From Candidatus Hydrogenedentota bacterium (GTDB taxonomy: Bacteria > Hydrogenedentota > Hydrogenedentia > Hydrogenedentales > SLHB01), in assembly GCA_963674865.2 (NCBI GenBank), contig CAXXYE010000010.1:41076-105075 (forward strand): DNA of 64,000 nucleotides. The letters run 5' to 3'. Position 1 is the stretch's first letter. Each line of letters begins with the position of its first letter. The position numbers were made by a program, and so were the translations under genes. Below are positions 1 through 10,265 of this stretch, piece after piece. The notes beneath the pieces are model-generated. The model searched no databases. It was given only the letters and a program-made list of their open reading frames with translations, and was not told the DNA's origin.

Positions 1-765
1 CAAGAGGCGAACCGGCAGGTTTTTGACCGGGCCTACGCCGAGCAAGCGCGGCAGGGCATCGAAAGGCGCTGGGCATCCTTTGCGGAGGGCGATTCGACGG
101 GGCGCGGCGACCCCGCGGTCTTGGTGATCGAGAGCGGCGTGGGACTTACAGAGATGTATTGGGCCGCCGGGATGGAGCTTTTCGTGTCCTTGATGATGGA
201 GTATCCGGACCTCGTCGAAGAATGGCTCGAAGCCCGCAATCAAGCCGAACTCCGGCGTGTGGCGGCTATCGCCGACCCGGCATGGATCCCCATCGCCCTG
301 CCGTACGACGATATCGCCTTCAAGGGCGGCCCCCTCTTTTCGCCCGCCTGGCTGAGGCAGTACGTTTTCCCCAGACTGAAGCGTCTGGTCGACGCATGGC
401 ACACGCGCGACGCCGCCTGCCTTTTTCACTCCGACGGCAACCTCTGGCTCGTGATGGATGACCTCGTCGAGGCGGGCATCGACGGCCTCAACCCTCTCGA
501 AGTCCTGGCGAACATGTCGGTGGGCAGCGTTCGTGAACGCTATCCAGACTTGTTCCTCACCGGCGGCATCGATGTGAGCCAGCTCCTCTCCACGGGCACG
601 CCGGACGAGGTGCGCGACGCCTGCCGCGTGGCCATCCAAGAGGCTTGTGGACGTGGATACTTCCTTGGTTCCACCACAGAGCTGCACTGGGACGTCAAGC
701 TCGAAAACGCCGTTGCCATGATAGAGACAGCCTGGGCAACGAGCGGGCACGGCGAGCCGAGGTAG
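1..765 (+). CDS. URO-D (uroporphyrinogen decarboxylase/MtaA-like) family protein, 5' end outside the window
   Basis: Frame 1 is open from base 1, and the listed ORF 121..765 is its in-frame tail. Segments LFHSDGN, GIDGLNPLE, LTGGID and GTPDEV match the family pattern as I remember it. Confidence 0.55.
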   Translation, partial: QEANRQVFDRAYAEQARQGIERRWASFAEGDSTGRGDPAVLVIESGVGLTEMYWAAGMELFVSLMMEYPDLVEEWLEARNQAELRRVAAIADPAWIPIALPYDDIAFKGGPLFSPAWLRQYVFPRLKRLVDAWHTRDAACLFHSDGNLWLVMDDLVEAGIDGLNPLEVLANMSVGSVRERYPDLFLTGGIDVSQLLSTGTPDEVRDACRVAIQEACGRGYFLGSTTELHWDVKLENAVAMIETAWATSGHGEPR

Positions 766-875
766 GTACGGATCGGGTGGGTGCACCGGGAGGCTCGGTG
801 ATTGAGGAGACAAGTGTTGCGGGCCGCGCCCGGTGGAAGTAGAATGGGGGCAATTGGCACAAAGGAGAGGCGACG

Positions 876-1109
876 ATGCGGCTTCAACACACGATCACGG
901 CGGTGATTCGCCCCGGGGAACAGTCGGATTACGTCGCTGAATGCGTTGAGATACCGGTTGTTACACAAGGGACCACGCTGGATGAAACCGTCGCGAACTT
1001 GCGCGAGGCCACCGAACTCCACCTTGAGGGGGCGGATTTGGCGGAAATTGGCCTGGCCGCAAGCCCAACGGTAGCCATCACCATGGAGCTGGAGCCTGTG
1101 GATGCCTAG
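876..1109 (+). CDS. hicB: HicB-family (UPF0150) antitoxin-like protein, 77 aa
   Basis: The length and sequence (YVAECVEIPVVTQGTTLDETVANLREATELHLE) are typical of the short HicB N-terminal fold. AAGGAGAGG lies 6 nt upstream of the ATG. No HicA partner is visible. Confidence 0.6.
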   Translation: MRLQHTITAVIRPGEQSDYVAECVEIPVVTQGTTLDETVANLREATELHLEGADLAEIGLAASPTVAITMELEPVDA

Positions 1110-1963
1110 CAGTCCGTGGCCGACGCCTCTTTGTGGCGAGGCATCTCAGGCGACGCCAAGTGAACGTTGCGGGGATTATCGGAGCCCCTGTTGCCTTCCG
1201 GAGGCGGATATGCGCCCAGACGGCGCCTCCGAAGGTGCTTAGGCGTTCTGCCAGCGCGATCTGACTGTTTCCTGTTCCCCTTGAGAGCTGTTCATGTAAG
1301 CCCTTGGGCGTTCCGAATCCGTCCATCCGCCGGAAGATGAGACTAAGGTTGAAGGCGCCCACGTGAATGAGCAGGCGTTTGAGGATGTTGTCGTGATGGC
1401 GCAGATGGGTGCGCCGCATCGCGCCCGTCTCGTAGCAGTGGGCGAAGCTGCGTTCGATGAGTTCGCCGCGTTTGCGCAGCAGTTTCTTGCCGTACGCGCC
1501 GCAGATGCGTCTGCGGTTGGCATAGACCGCGTCGCGTTCCTCGGTTTTGCCTTCCCACTTGCGCCGGCCCCGCTTGGATTCGCTCATGCACGTCCTCAAG
1601 CCCGCCTCTTGCAGGTCGCGCGTGGTGTCATTGCTGTGGTACCCCTTATCCAGAACCACTTCCCGGGCGGCTCGAGATGGCGGCGCGCCTCGGATTCCGC
1701 GGCGGCCGTCTGGAGGTTTTCCCGCGCCTTATCCAGCGTCGGCTTCACCGTCTCCGTATCGCCGAGGTCAACGTGCTGAACTTCTTGAGCGCCCACGCCG
1801 GCCGCTCCGAGCTCATCGATTTTGGGAAGCGCTTCAAAGACCGCGCCGAGAAGGTCCCCCTCGTCCACGGTGAAAACGGCGCCCTCGCAGCCCTCCAATC
1901 CGGCCTCCAAGCCGAAGGCTGCACCAACACCCACATCCAGGAAGAAGGCGTTCCTGTTGAGTT
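1078..1963 (-). pseudogene. IS5/IS1182-like DDE transposase remnant, frameshifted and 5'-truncated
   Basis: ORF 1078..1659 carries VLDKGYHSN ... RGELIERSFAH ... LLIHVGAFNLSLIF, which is the C-terminal DDE_Tnp_1 pattern. The upstream part sits in another frame (ORF 1596..2012) and runs into the neighbouring methyltransferase gene. No N-terminal region or terminal repeats were found. Boundaries are approximate. Confidence 0.6.
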
Positions 1964-2704
1964 CTAGGCGGCCCGGTCCGTGTCGCCCTTTCGCGGTGGT
2001 TTGCGAAAACAACCGATAAGATTGACTCGAATCCCCGACAAGGCTGAGAAGCGGCTTACCAGGCGCTCATAGAGCATGCCGCAATAGAACACGGCAACGT
2101 TCATCACGAGGTAGTTGGGCGAGCACTCTCGCGATACCAGTTCTATCTCCTCAAAACCAGCCTGAGTGAATTGTCGCCGGACATCCTTGAAGCTGTTGAG
2201 CTTGTAGGCGGTAGGGAAAGTGTCCTCTTCCAGCCGCCCGCGCCTTCTGTTGTACCATTCGTGAAACGTATGGGGCGTAAGGCTCGCCATGGCCGCGACA
2301 TAGTGCCACTTGTTGGGGGTGAGGAAGAGAAACCTGCCACCGGGTCTAAGGACACGCCTCACCTCCTTGAGAAATAGCGGCGGATTGGCAACGTGTTCGA
2401 GGACGTAACGAGAGAAGACAACGTCGAACGAGTTGTCTTCGAACGGCATGTGGATTAGATCGGTGTGCACGCCTCGATCAAGCAGGGGATTGTTCTCGAC
2501 GCGCTCGTCTAGGTCGGCGCCCACCATCTCGGCTACCCGGCCCCGGAAATCGTATTGAAAGAGGTCTCCCGCGCCTGCCCCAGCGTCAAGAACGTGACTC
2601 TCGGGCGCTATGTGTCTTTCGATTGCTCTGAGAAAGAACGGGTCATTGCTGCGCCGGTCCGGAGGGTAGCAGCGGACCATTGCCCTTTCGACGCGTTCAC
2701 TCAT
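1964..2704 (-). CDS. class I SAM-dependent methyltransferase
   Basis: Motif I is VLDAGAGAGD and the post-I pattern is RVLRPGGRFLF. The ATG at 2704 overlaps the upstream stop as ATGA. An alternative ATG lies at 2713. Confidence 0.8.
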   Translation of the reverse strand: MSERVERAMVRCYPPDRRSNDPFFLRAIERHIAPESHVLDAGAGAGDLFQYDFRGRVAEMVGADLDERVENNPLLDRGVHTDLIHMPFEDNSFDVVFSRYVLEHVANPPLFLKEVRRVLRPGGRFLFLTPNKWHYVAAMASLTPHTFHEWYNRRRGRLEEDTFPTAYKLNSFKDVRRQFTQAGFEEIELVSRECSPNYLVMNVAVFYCGMLYERLVSRFSALSGIRVNLIGCFRKPPRKGDTDRAA

Positions 2705-4101
2705 TGAGCGCATACGTTTGTATCCCCAGGGACAGTTGAGATGTTATGCCCGTAAAGCTCACAGGAATTGACAGGCCCGACAATACGTCTTCCCGCGCAA
2801 AAGATGAGAAACATCGCGAAGACAAAAGCATCATTCCGGAACATAAAAATCGTACTGGAGCGCAGGAGAATGATGTACCACAGGGAGGCGAACAACAACG
2901 CGGCCAGGCCGTCGGATCTTGAAAGGGCCTTGATAATGAACCGCGAGGCAAGAAATCCGACGAAGAACGGCAGAATGAAAAGGCCGGGCACACCAAAATC
3001 AGAATAGATGTATCGTAGCCACGTGAAGACGTTGCCGGCGCGGCGCCAATGGTAGTCCGGTTGATATCGGACATACTGATGCTCCCATGAAACAAGCTGC
3101 TCCGGAACGGGGATTGACTCTGGGACTATCCGAAGCAGTCTAAGCCACTGCTCGATGCCGAAGAACGACATTCGTCCCCAGGTACGCTCGCTGGTGTCAT
3201 CAATAGTGCTGTCAAAGCCTATAAGGGTGCCGATATTGTAGTCTATGACCTGAACGACGCTCAGGGGCAAGGATAGGTTTCCAACCGCTCTGGTCTTGGT
3301 CTCTCTTGTCTTCTCTCCGATAGTATTCATGACGAAGATGCCGCCCGCGAGAACGAGGACAAGCAGGATCTTCCCGGGCTTGGCCGCCTTCTTCGCCAAT
3401 TGTCTCGCCCCATGTTTCCATTGGAGCGCAGCCTGCGGCAGGGGAAGGAAGACACTAAGCAAAAAGAACAGAAGCAGCATATCGAAGATGTGCGAACGGC
3501 TGCCCCAGCCGCAGTCATATAAGACGGTTCCTGCCAGGGGCAACAGGACGCCGTACCAGGCTTTCCTGTTGACAACGATTAGTTGTAACGTGCCCAGGAT
3601 AACGGCGGGATATGAAGCGCCAAGAAGAAGTGAACAGTACTTCGCAGGAAGCCCGAGAGGCGTGCCGCCGTACATAGCCAGTCCTTGCGAAGTCCGGGCG
3701 GTCTTGAGTTCCCTGGCATGGCTGAACACGTTGCCGAACGTAAGCCAACTGGCGGCGAAAACGATTAGCCCGGCCAGCAGCGCGATTAGACCGCACGCCA
3801 GTGTCCAACGCCGAAGCGCATCGCGACGGAATTCCCAAGATTGCGCAACCACGGTGCCGGATGCTGCAAGAACGAGGCACTCACTCACATAGATAGCGAT
3901 GAGCGGGATCGCGGAATAAATCAAGGCCCGCTCGGTGAGCGGGCGGTAATACATGAAGTCGGCCCAGTGGATGAACCATATCGCGCCCCAGATAAGGGCG
4001 TACAAACCTGTTGGCGATATCCCGCTACCGACGGTTCTCCGCCACATGACACGTGATAGGCAGAAGAGAAGGCCGCTCAACACTATGAGAGAAAACAACA
4101 C
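2701..4101 (-). CDS. polytopic membrane protein, O-antigen/oligosaccharide repeat-unit polymerase (Wzy)-like
   Basis: The 466-aa product has more than 10 hydrophobic segments and sits between a GT2 and methyltransferases in a polysaccharide cluster. No sequence motif was checked; the call rests on context and topology. The start is GTG. Confidence 0.5.
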   Translation of the reverse strand: MLFSLIVLSGLLFCLSRVMWRRTVGSGISPTGLYALIWGAIWFIHWADFMYYRPLTERALIYSAIPLIAIYVSECLVLAASGTVVAQSWEFRRDALRRWTLACGLIALLAGLIVFAASWLTFGNVFSHARELKTARTSQGLAMYGGTPLGLPAKYCSLLLGASYPAVILGTLQLIVVNRKAWYGVLLPLAGTVLYDCGWGSRSHIFDMLLLFFLLSVFLPLPQAALQWKHGARQLAKKAAKPGKILLVLVLAGGIFVMNTIGEKTRETKTRAVGNLSLPLSVVQVIDYNIGTLIGFDSTIDDTSERTWGRMSFFGIEQWLRLLRIVPESIPVPEQLVSWEHQYVRYQPDYHWRRAGNVFTWLRYIYSDFGVPGLFILPFFVGFLASRFIIKALSRSDGLAALLFASLWYIILLRSSTIFMFRNDAFVFAMFLIFCAGRRIVGPVNSCELYGHNISTVPGDTNVCAQ

Positions 4102-4155
4102 CGTGACTACGCCACCATTTAGGGATACGACGCGATCAGCACCGCTTTTCCAGAA

Positions 4156-5121
4156 TCATACCAGATATGTTTGCGCCGTCGTATGCGCTCGCAGCCTCCG
4201 CGAGCATACAAGCCTCCCGCACTGCAAGACGCTATGGAAGTGCTGAAAGGCCGCGGCATGATGCCGGAACCACGCCGGTGATTCCCTCCTCTTGGCGTAA
4301 GCCAGGACTTGATGACAGAGGCCCCTGGCCGCGCACAGGGCGGCAAATCTGGCAACCGCCACAAGATGTTGGCAGTCGTAACGATAGAAGCGATATACCA
4401 CTTCGATACCGGCGTTTTCGGCCCGCTGCTTGGTGTATTTCTCCGTCATGCGGCTCGCAGGAACGCAATGCTCGAGAACGGCTCCGGGGGCGTACCAGAC
4501 CACGAGGCCCGCTTCGTGCAGCTTTCGCGCCAGGCCGGACTCGCCGTCTCCACGGTACCGAATCAGGCTGCGGTTCCCGAAACCGTCGGGATTGAAGCCT
4601 CCAACGTCTAAGAGGGCCTTCTTCCTGACGGCCATATTGCATCCCACGGCGCTGCCGAAAGGTGGAATGGCATGTGCCTTGTCGCCAAGGTCAAGCGCGC
4701 TGAGAGACGACGAGAAGAGACCAACCCATTCAGGTGGCGACGATTCGTATCGCAAGACAACCTTCCCGGCCACCATCGCAACGTTGGCGTCGTCAAAAGG
4801 TGCGATCATGGCTGAAAGCCAATCCGGCGGGCAGATGACATCGTCGTCGATAAAGATCAACAAATCGCCCCGCGCCGCCCGCGCACCCGCGTGGCGCGCG
4901 TTGTGAAGGCCTGTCCTTCGCTCATGAACGTACCGAAGTGTGCATTGAGAAGTCTCTTCACACAACGCCTGGAGGCCTTGCGTCGGTGTCTCGGCGTTAT
5001 CGACTATGATGACCTCGAAGGACCCGCGGGGCGCATCCTGGTTCCCGATGCTCTGAAGCGCCTTCGCAAGCGGGTCGGACCGCTTGTACGTCGGGATGAT
5101 CACACTCGCCTTCATAGTCAC
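4156..5121 (-). CDS. family 2 glycosyltransferase
   Basis: The N-terminus reads SVIIPTYKR ... EVIIVDN and is followed by the DDD motif (FIDDDV), as in the GT-A fold GT2 family. Confidence 0.85.
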   Translation of the reverse strand: MTMKASVIIPTYKRSDPLAKALQSIGNQDAPRGSFEVIIVDNAETPTQGLQALCEETSQCTLRYVHERRTGLHNARHAGARAARGDLLIFIDDDVICPPDWLSAMIAPFDDANVAMVAGKVVLRYESSPPEWVGLFSSSLSALDLGDKAHAIPPFGSAVGCNMAVRKKALLDVGGFNPDGFGNRSLIRYRGDGESGLARKLHEAGLVVWYAPGAVLEHCVPASRMTEKYTKQRAENAGIEVVYRFYRYDCQHLVAVARFAALCAARGLCHQVLAYAKRRESPAWFRHHAAAFQHFHSVLQCGRLVCSRRLRAHTTAQTYLV

Positions 5122-5148
5122 CCAAACCGTTGTGTCGCTCAGGACGTC

Positions 5149-5901
5149 CTAGTGCCGGCTCGCATCAGAGGGGTGGCCCTCCGAAAGGGCGTTCTTGCAG
5201 ATGAAGATATCTATCAAGGACAGCGACGGTACCGCGGCCACTTGGAATAAATCGTGCAGCCACCGGAACCACGCCGGCCGCCGACAGATCACCTTGCGAT
5301 AGACGAAGGGCACGGTGAGCGTAACGCCTTTAACCTTCTCAATCCGAAAGCCCGCTTCCGTGAGTAGCCGCCGATTCTCCCAGTAGGGCCGTTCTCCGAT
5401 GTGATTCGTCTCGATGTCGGTGCGGTCTAGGCGTCCAAGGGCAGCCATGCGAAAACGCGAGTTCCAGTGGGCGAGATTGGGGATGGAGATGATAAAGAGC
5501 CCGTCCTCTTTAAGGACGCGCGAGATCTCCACGAGGGCTTTGGGCTGATCCGCATAGGCGAGGTGCTCGAATACGTCCAACAGCAAGACGACATCGAACC
5601 GATTGTCCGAAAAGGGCATACCAAGAACCGAGCCGCGCTGGACATGCTCGCTTTCGTAGTTGAGATCGATGCCCTTGACGTCATATCCCTCGGATGCAAA
5701 CTGCTCGACAAGAACGCCCTCCCCGCAGCCGGCGTCGAGGATTCGCATCTCCTTTGGCAGCGCCCGAATGAGGGCCTTGATATAGGCCATCTTGCGGAGA
5801 TACGTTGGCGTGAAAGACCAATTCGGATCGAGATTCCGGTGAAAGTCGCCCTGCTCAGCATATATCCAGCCTCGGAAGGCCTTTTGATCGTTCTCTTTCA
5901 T
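5149..5901 (-). CDS. class I SAM-dependent methyltransferase
   Basis: ILDAGCGEGV (motif I), FDVVLLLDVFEHL and LKEDGLFIISIPN are present. Confidence 0.8.
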   Translation of the reverse strand: MKENDQKAFRGWIYAEQGDFHRNLDPNWSFTPTYLRKMAYIKALIRALPKEMRILDAGCGEGVLVEQFASEGYDVKGIDLNYESEHVQRGSVLGMPFSDNRFDVVLLLDVFEHLAYADQPKALVEISRVLKEDGLFIISIPNLAHWNSRFRMAALGRLDRTDIETNHIGERPYWENRRLLTEAGFRIEKVKGVTLTVPFVYRKVICRRPAWFRWLHDLFQVAAVPSLSLIDIFICKNALSEGHPSDASRH

Positions 5902-5942
5902 TTGGCGACAAGTCCCACGATTTTAGACATGTGTTTGGCCGA

Positions 5943-7421
5943 CTACCGAGTGCTGGCTCTTCCCAGCGCCTTCAGCAACATGTTCTTAGTGCTGAGGACG
6001 AAGTCGCGATCCAAGATCCAGAGCATCCCCATATACACTATCGCTCCCACGAGAACAAGTGCCGCCAAAATGACGGGTTGTGGCACGGCGCCCATGGTGC
6101 TGCCCGCCAGCACCTTGAGGGCACTCACAGAGAGGGCCATAGCAGCGCATGCATAGAAGACACTCTTGCCTTGTTGCCAGAGATAGAATGGCGATGCTCC
6201 CAGTACTTTCACATATAGGAAGATGTGGATCGGTATCGCCAGTAGCCCCGCGGCTACCCTGCCCGCGACAAAGACCTTCATACCATATTGGATTGCAACG
6301 ACGTAGGTCGGCAAGAAATAGAACAGTTGTGCCCACATCAGCTTTGTGTTGAGGTCGGGCCTCCCTATTGAGCGATACAGCTCCGCGTTTGCACCCACCA
6401 GCCAACTTCCTCCCCCTAGCAGCGCCAGCGCCCCTAAGACGAAGCCAAGTCCTTCCCATTTCTCGCCGAATAGGACGTGGGCGATCTCAGGTGCTGTCAG
6501 CAATAGTCCAAGGCCTACAGGACAGGCCATCGCAATAATGATGCGGTTTGCCTTGTCGAATGTGGATCTGAGTTTGTCCTTGTCTTCCTGGAGACGGGAC
6601 AATGTGGAATAGAGCACGGGGAGAAATGGATTAAGGAGGAGCCCGAAAAGAAGAGCCGATATGCTCCAGGCAAGCCTGTAGACTCCCAGCTCACCGACGC
6701 TGAGGTATTTTCCCACGAGCAGTTGATCGCCCCAAGCGATGAGCCACACTCCGAAGGCTTCCAGGATAACCCAGAAGCCGAAGCGGAATAGCCGAGCTGC
6801 TATGGCGAAATCGAAAGAGAGAGAAGGGCGCCACGGACTTGCCAGCCAGAGAATGGCCATGTTAAGGCCCGAACCGACCAGCGTGCCCGTAACCAGTGCC
6901 CACACGCCACACCCAAGAAAGGCCAGGGGAATGGAGAAGAACGCCGGCGTCAGGGCCACGGCGAGTTTCGCCCAGAAGAGCTGGCGGAAGTTGAGGTCGC
7001 GCATGAAAAGGAATTGCTGAACGGACGTGAAAGAGAGAACTAAGATCTGAATCCCCAATACCCGCAAGACTGGTGCCGACTGAGGAGAGTTGAAGAACTC
7101 TGCCAGGAACGGCGCGCCAAGGAATATGACAATGTAGACCAGCGCGCCAAGCGTGATGTTTGTCCAGAAGACCACGTTCGCGCTTTTCTCGATAGGGGCG
7201 TTCGTTTGAACAAGTGCCTTCCCGAGGCCGGCATCAAGGAACATTCTCGAGAAACTTATGGCGATCATCGCTGTGCCGACGATACCGAAGTCCTCCCGAG
7301 CCAGTAGGTTTGCCAGAACGATGAGCACAAGCGGCTGCGCTGCCCGCGCGACTCCCTCCATCATCGCCGACCACTTGAGGGAGGCCGTGGCTCTATGGAT
7401 TACGTTTTCCTTCGTGCTCAT
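5943..7421 (-). CDS. wzx: Wzx-type polysaccharide flippase (MOP/PST family)
   Basis: This is a multi-TM protein of about 490 aa with the usual PST-family N-terminus (LKWSAMMEGVARAAQPLVLIVLANLL). The start was moved to the ATG at 7421, preceded by GGAAGGGG. The 53-codon upstream extension in the track overlaps the next gene. Confidence 0.8.
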   Translation of the reverse strand: MSTKENVIHRATASLKWSAMMEGVARAAQPLVLIVLANLLAREDFGIVGTAMIAISFSRMFLDAGLGKALVQTNAPIEKSANVVFWTNITLGALVYIVIFLGAPFLAEFFNSPQSAPVLRVLGIQILVLSFTSVQQFLFMRDLNFRQLFWAKLAVALTPAFFSIPLAFLGCGVWALVTGTLVGSGLNMAILWLASPWRPSLSFDFAIAARLFRFGFWVILEAFGVWLIAWGDQLLVGKYLSVGELGVYRLAWSISALLFGLLLNPFLPVLYSTLSRLQEDKDKLRSTFDKANRIIIAMACPVGLGLLLTAPEIAHVLFGEKWEGLGFVLGALALLGGGSWLVGANAELYRSIGRPDLNTKLMWAQLFYFLPTYVVAIQYGMKVFVAGRVAAGLLAIPIHIFLYVKVLGASPFYLWQQGKSVFYACAAMALSVSALKVLAGSTMGAVPQPVILAALVLVGAIVYMGMLWILDRDFVLSTKNMLLKALGRASTR

Positions 7422-8623
7422 GCTCTCGGCCCCTTCCTGCGAGATGGATGGAAGAACTGCATTCCGGGACAGTCCACAAATCGCCAGGGGAAGGAAGGAT
7501 GAGCGGGATTGGCGGCCACCTGAAACAGGAAAGCCAGACTCAGACTGCGAAACCACGTGGGAAACATGGAACTCTGCCACATACCGACACTCGTCAGAGG
7601 ATGACCATACTCCAGACTCTGATGCTTGCGGAAAACCCAGCCACCGTCTTCATTCTGGTTTACCAATACCCACGGAAGTGCCTTCTCGAAAGCACGGCGG
7701 ATGTCAGGCCTTCTGTAATCAAGTTGGTGATAGAGCCGGGCCAGGGGGTCGAGGGTGTCGATGTCCTCACATGCGCTTGAGTTCATCGCCACGCCGAATC
7801 CGCCAAGTCGATTCTGAGTTGCCAGGCAACTGTCGACAATTCGTTCCCGATATCGGATGAAACGTCCGTCGTAGAAATAGAGTAGCCATATATGATAGCC
7901 GGTTTGGACACCTTGGGAGAGGTGATAGGGTGAGTCGAACCGAGTGCCCCACAAGCCCGTGCTCGGATCCTGTCGCTTGTCCAGCCATCCATACATCTCC
8001 TCCAGCGCATCCTGCGCCCAAGGCTCATTCTGGAAATCTCGTGCGTACTGCAGCATCGTTCCGTAGTTTTGGACTTCATTGCTGACATTGGCCGCCGACA
8101 CACCCCACGCTCGAGATTCAAGCCACCTTGTCATCTCACCAGGCCTCTTGAACATCTCGACCACGCGGAAGGGCTTTTGCGCTACGGCATTCAGGCACGC
8201 CAACGCCATGATTGCGTGAAGTGTCATATGCCGCGATCCCCACCAGTCCGCCTCTTCCGCTAGGGGACAGTCAATGCGGGGATCACGGAATAGCCCGTCG
8301 TCATGTTGATGTCTCTGGATGTACCTCGCCCACTGCGCTCTTTCGGCGCGTGACAAGTCATCAAGATCGTCGAAGAGGTGCCTGACCAACGTCGCGTAAC
8401 ACGAGGCGTAGAGAAGACAAGGTCCCGCAGCGCTGAAGGCATAGGCCCCGATCTCTTGACCTGCGCAATGATTGCGCTTCACGTAGCTCAGCGTTGAGGC
8501 CCGAACTCTAGTCAGGACATCGGCGTCTTCCTCAGTCCGGGCCACTTGGCGACGGACTTGAAGCGGTAGGTACATATCTGTAAGCAGGCGTCTCAGAAGA
8601 CGCTGCGCGACGTGTTTTTTCAC
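7418..8623 (-). CDS. hypothetical protein with alpha/alpha-toroid (prenyltransferase/terpene-cyclase-like) repeats
   Basis: Repeated DGLF/GLWG/GGFG/DGGW-type motifs are present. The start is probably GTG 8623 (GGAAAGG 5 nt upstream) or ATG 8575, because the longer track ORF overlaps gene 8641..9651. The function is a guess. Confidence 0.4.
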   Translation of the reverse strand: MKKHVAQRLLRRLLTDMYLPLQVRRQVARTEEDADVLTRVRASTLSYVKRNHCAGQEIGAYAFSAAGPCLLYASCYATLVRHLFDDLDDLSRAERAQWARYIQRHQHDDGLFRDPRIDCPLAEEADWWGSRHMTLHAIMALACLNAVAQKPFRVVEMFKRPGEMTRWLESRAWGVSAANVSNEVQNYGTMLQYARDFQNEPWAQDALEEMYGWLDKRQDPSTGLWGTRFDSPYHLSQGVQTGYHIWLLYFYDGRFIRYRERIVDSCLATQNRLGGFGVAMNSSACEDIDTLDPLARLYHQLDYRRPDIRRAFEKALPWVLVNQNEDGGWVFRKHQSLEYGHPLTSVGMWQSSMFPTWFRSLSLAFLFQVAANPAHPSFPWRFVDCPGMQFFHPSRRKGPRA

Positions 8624-8640
8624 GCGAGCCTTTCCATGGG

Positions 8641-9651
8641 CTATGGGCGCCGTTCGCGACTTGACCTGTGTGAACGCTCCTTCGTCATCTCGAGGACGAA
8701 GTGGCAATACACGCCCTGGCCCAGTTCTTGTTTGTTTCTCAAGACATGTATGGTGCAGTGCATCCCCCGTTCCTCCGCCCTGGAAACGACGCGCTCGTTT
8801 AGTCTCTCGACATCGTACTTCCTCGAAAAGGGAATACCCCAGGACGAGGGTCGCAAGTACGCGGTTGCGCCCGAGTCGGCCCATCCCTTTCCGTAGTACT
8901 CGGGCGAGGAATAGCCGCAGTAATGCGTATGCATATACAGGGGGACGACAATCCCCTTTCCGCCAGGTTTCAATAGCCTGGCGACTTCATCGACAAGAAG
9001 ACTGTCGTCATTCCCAAGAAACACTTCGTAAGCGCACTGCAGGGACATGCAATCAACAGACTCAGATCCAAACGTGGTCTTCGTTGCGTCCATCTTACGG
9101 TAAGTCTTCAAGCGCCGATGGATCGGAGGGATCTTCAGGTCAATCGCGATGGCGTTGATCCCCTTCGCGTTAAGAACTCGAACCCATGGACTTCCGCAAC
9201 CGGCCACATCGATATACAAGAAGTCCTTGGTTCGGGCTTGCGCATGATCCGGGAGAGCATTCCGCAATCCGCACATCTGGGATGCGATGAAATGCTCCAA
9301 TAGCTTCTCGTTTCGCAATGCGGAATTGCTGGTGAAGTAAGTGGCTGGAAAAGGGAAGCTTTTCTTGAAACGCTCAAAATCCTGCGGCGAAATAACCAGC
9401 GGCCTCACAGAATTGCCAGTGGCGCGGAGGCTTTCCTCAATCTCTGCTACCTCGCTGTCGGCGGGCTCGCAATATGGCTCCGCGAGCCTGTGTTTGTGCA
9501 GATAGTACGGGGCTGTCAGGAAACGTCTAGCCCGTCGATGCGCTAAGCCAGCGCTCGCCACAAGTCCGTAACGGGCAATCTTCCTCAAGACGTCATAGGA
9601 CAATTCGCCTCTCCCCGGTTCATTGGCATCCACGGCGTTAACATCCGGCAA
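8641..9651 (-). CDS. putative SAM-dependent methyltransferase
   Basis: YIDVAGCGSPW (motif I-like) and ARLLKPGGKGIV are present. The start codon is uncertain: TTG at 9651 with no in-frame ATG nearby. Confidence 0.5.
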   Translation of the reverse strand: MPDVNAVDANEPGRGELSYDVLRKIARYGLVASAGLAHRRARRFLTAPYYLHKHRLAEPYCEPADSEVAEIEESLRATGNSVRPLVISPQDFERFKKSFPFPATYFTSNSALRNEKLLEHFIASQMCGLRNALPDHAQARTKDFLYIDVAGCGSPWVRVLNAKGINAIAIDLKIPPIHRRLKTYRKMDATKTTFGSESVDCMSLQCAYEVFLGNDDSLLVDEVARLLKPGGKGIVVPLYMHTHYCGYSSPEYYGKGWADSGATAYLRPSSWGIPFSRKYDVERLNERVVSRAEERGMHCTIHVLRNKQELGQGVYCHFVLEMTKERSHRSSRERRP

Positions 9652-9817
9652 CTACACACAGACCTACAATACCGGATTGGTGATCTGTTGTCGCGGACTC
9701 TCCCTCTCAAGAATCCGGTAGTCCTCTTCTGGGAGAGATATTCCCTCGAGTCTCTCTTTCGGAAGACCGGCCCTCTGCGCAATTTGGGTGATTCCCGAGA
9801 CACACTAACTCTGGGAT

Positions 9818-10237
9818 CTAGTGCCGTGTCTTCGCGGCGGGGAAGCGCTCTTTTTCCTGTTCGCCGACATAAGGGCCCTGCTTGATTTCGAGGAAAGACG
9901 TGTCTTCGATCATTCGGAAGCCGTGGCCGCCGCTCACGAGAACCAGAACGTCGCCCGTCTTCAGTTCCCGGCTGCAGAACGGTGACTTGTCGCCGAGGTA
10001 GAAGTCCACCCAGCAGTGTCCGTGCCTAACCAGGAGCACTTCGCTTGTTCCGTGAAGGCAGCGCTCCATCTCGTGGTGAATGTGGGGGACGATGGCACCG
10101 TCCTTCGGATAGACAATGAAACCGACCTGTTGTTTGTAGGAATCAGGCGTGATGAATTCCGAGGCCGACGGGTCGTAGTCTGAAGGAATGATTAGGCCCA
10201 GGACGTCTTCCCCATGCTTGATCCATTCGATTCCCAT
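9818..10237 (-). CDS. cupin-fold protein (WxcM/sugar ketoisomerase-like size and context)
   Basis: The His-rich cupin motif is GFIVYPKDGAIVPHIHHE ... LLVRHG. ATG 10237 has GGAGAG 9 nt upstream, and the track extension to 10303 overlaps the upstream gene. Confidence 0.55.
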   Translation of the reverse strand: MGIEWIKHGEDVLGLIIPSDYDPSASEFITPDSYKQQVGFIVYPKDGAIVPHIHHEMERCLHGTSEVLLVRHGHCWVDFYLGDKSPFCSRELKTGDVLVLVSGGHGFRMIEDTSFLEIKQGPYVGEQEKERFPAAKTRH

Positions 10238-10265
10238 GATCTCATTCTCTCCGTACGTTGAACGC

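Noticed and set aside
1102-1250. A possible hicA remnant downstream of hicB.
   Set aside because: No frame gives the HicA core (the G-S-H region). There is only a 9-residue vague resemblance, which is insufficient.
7422-7580. N-terminal extensions of track ORFs. Examples are wzx to 7580, gmd to 12236, wzz to 15775, the IS30 transposase to 16882, folK to 38092, folB to 38306, sulfatase to 40581, rplM from 56006 and the radical SAM gene from 62097.
   Set aside because: The extensions overlap the preceding gene, are unlike the family N-termini, and in each case an internal start with an RBS or an ATGA/GTGA overlap gives the canonical N-terminus.
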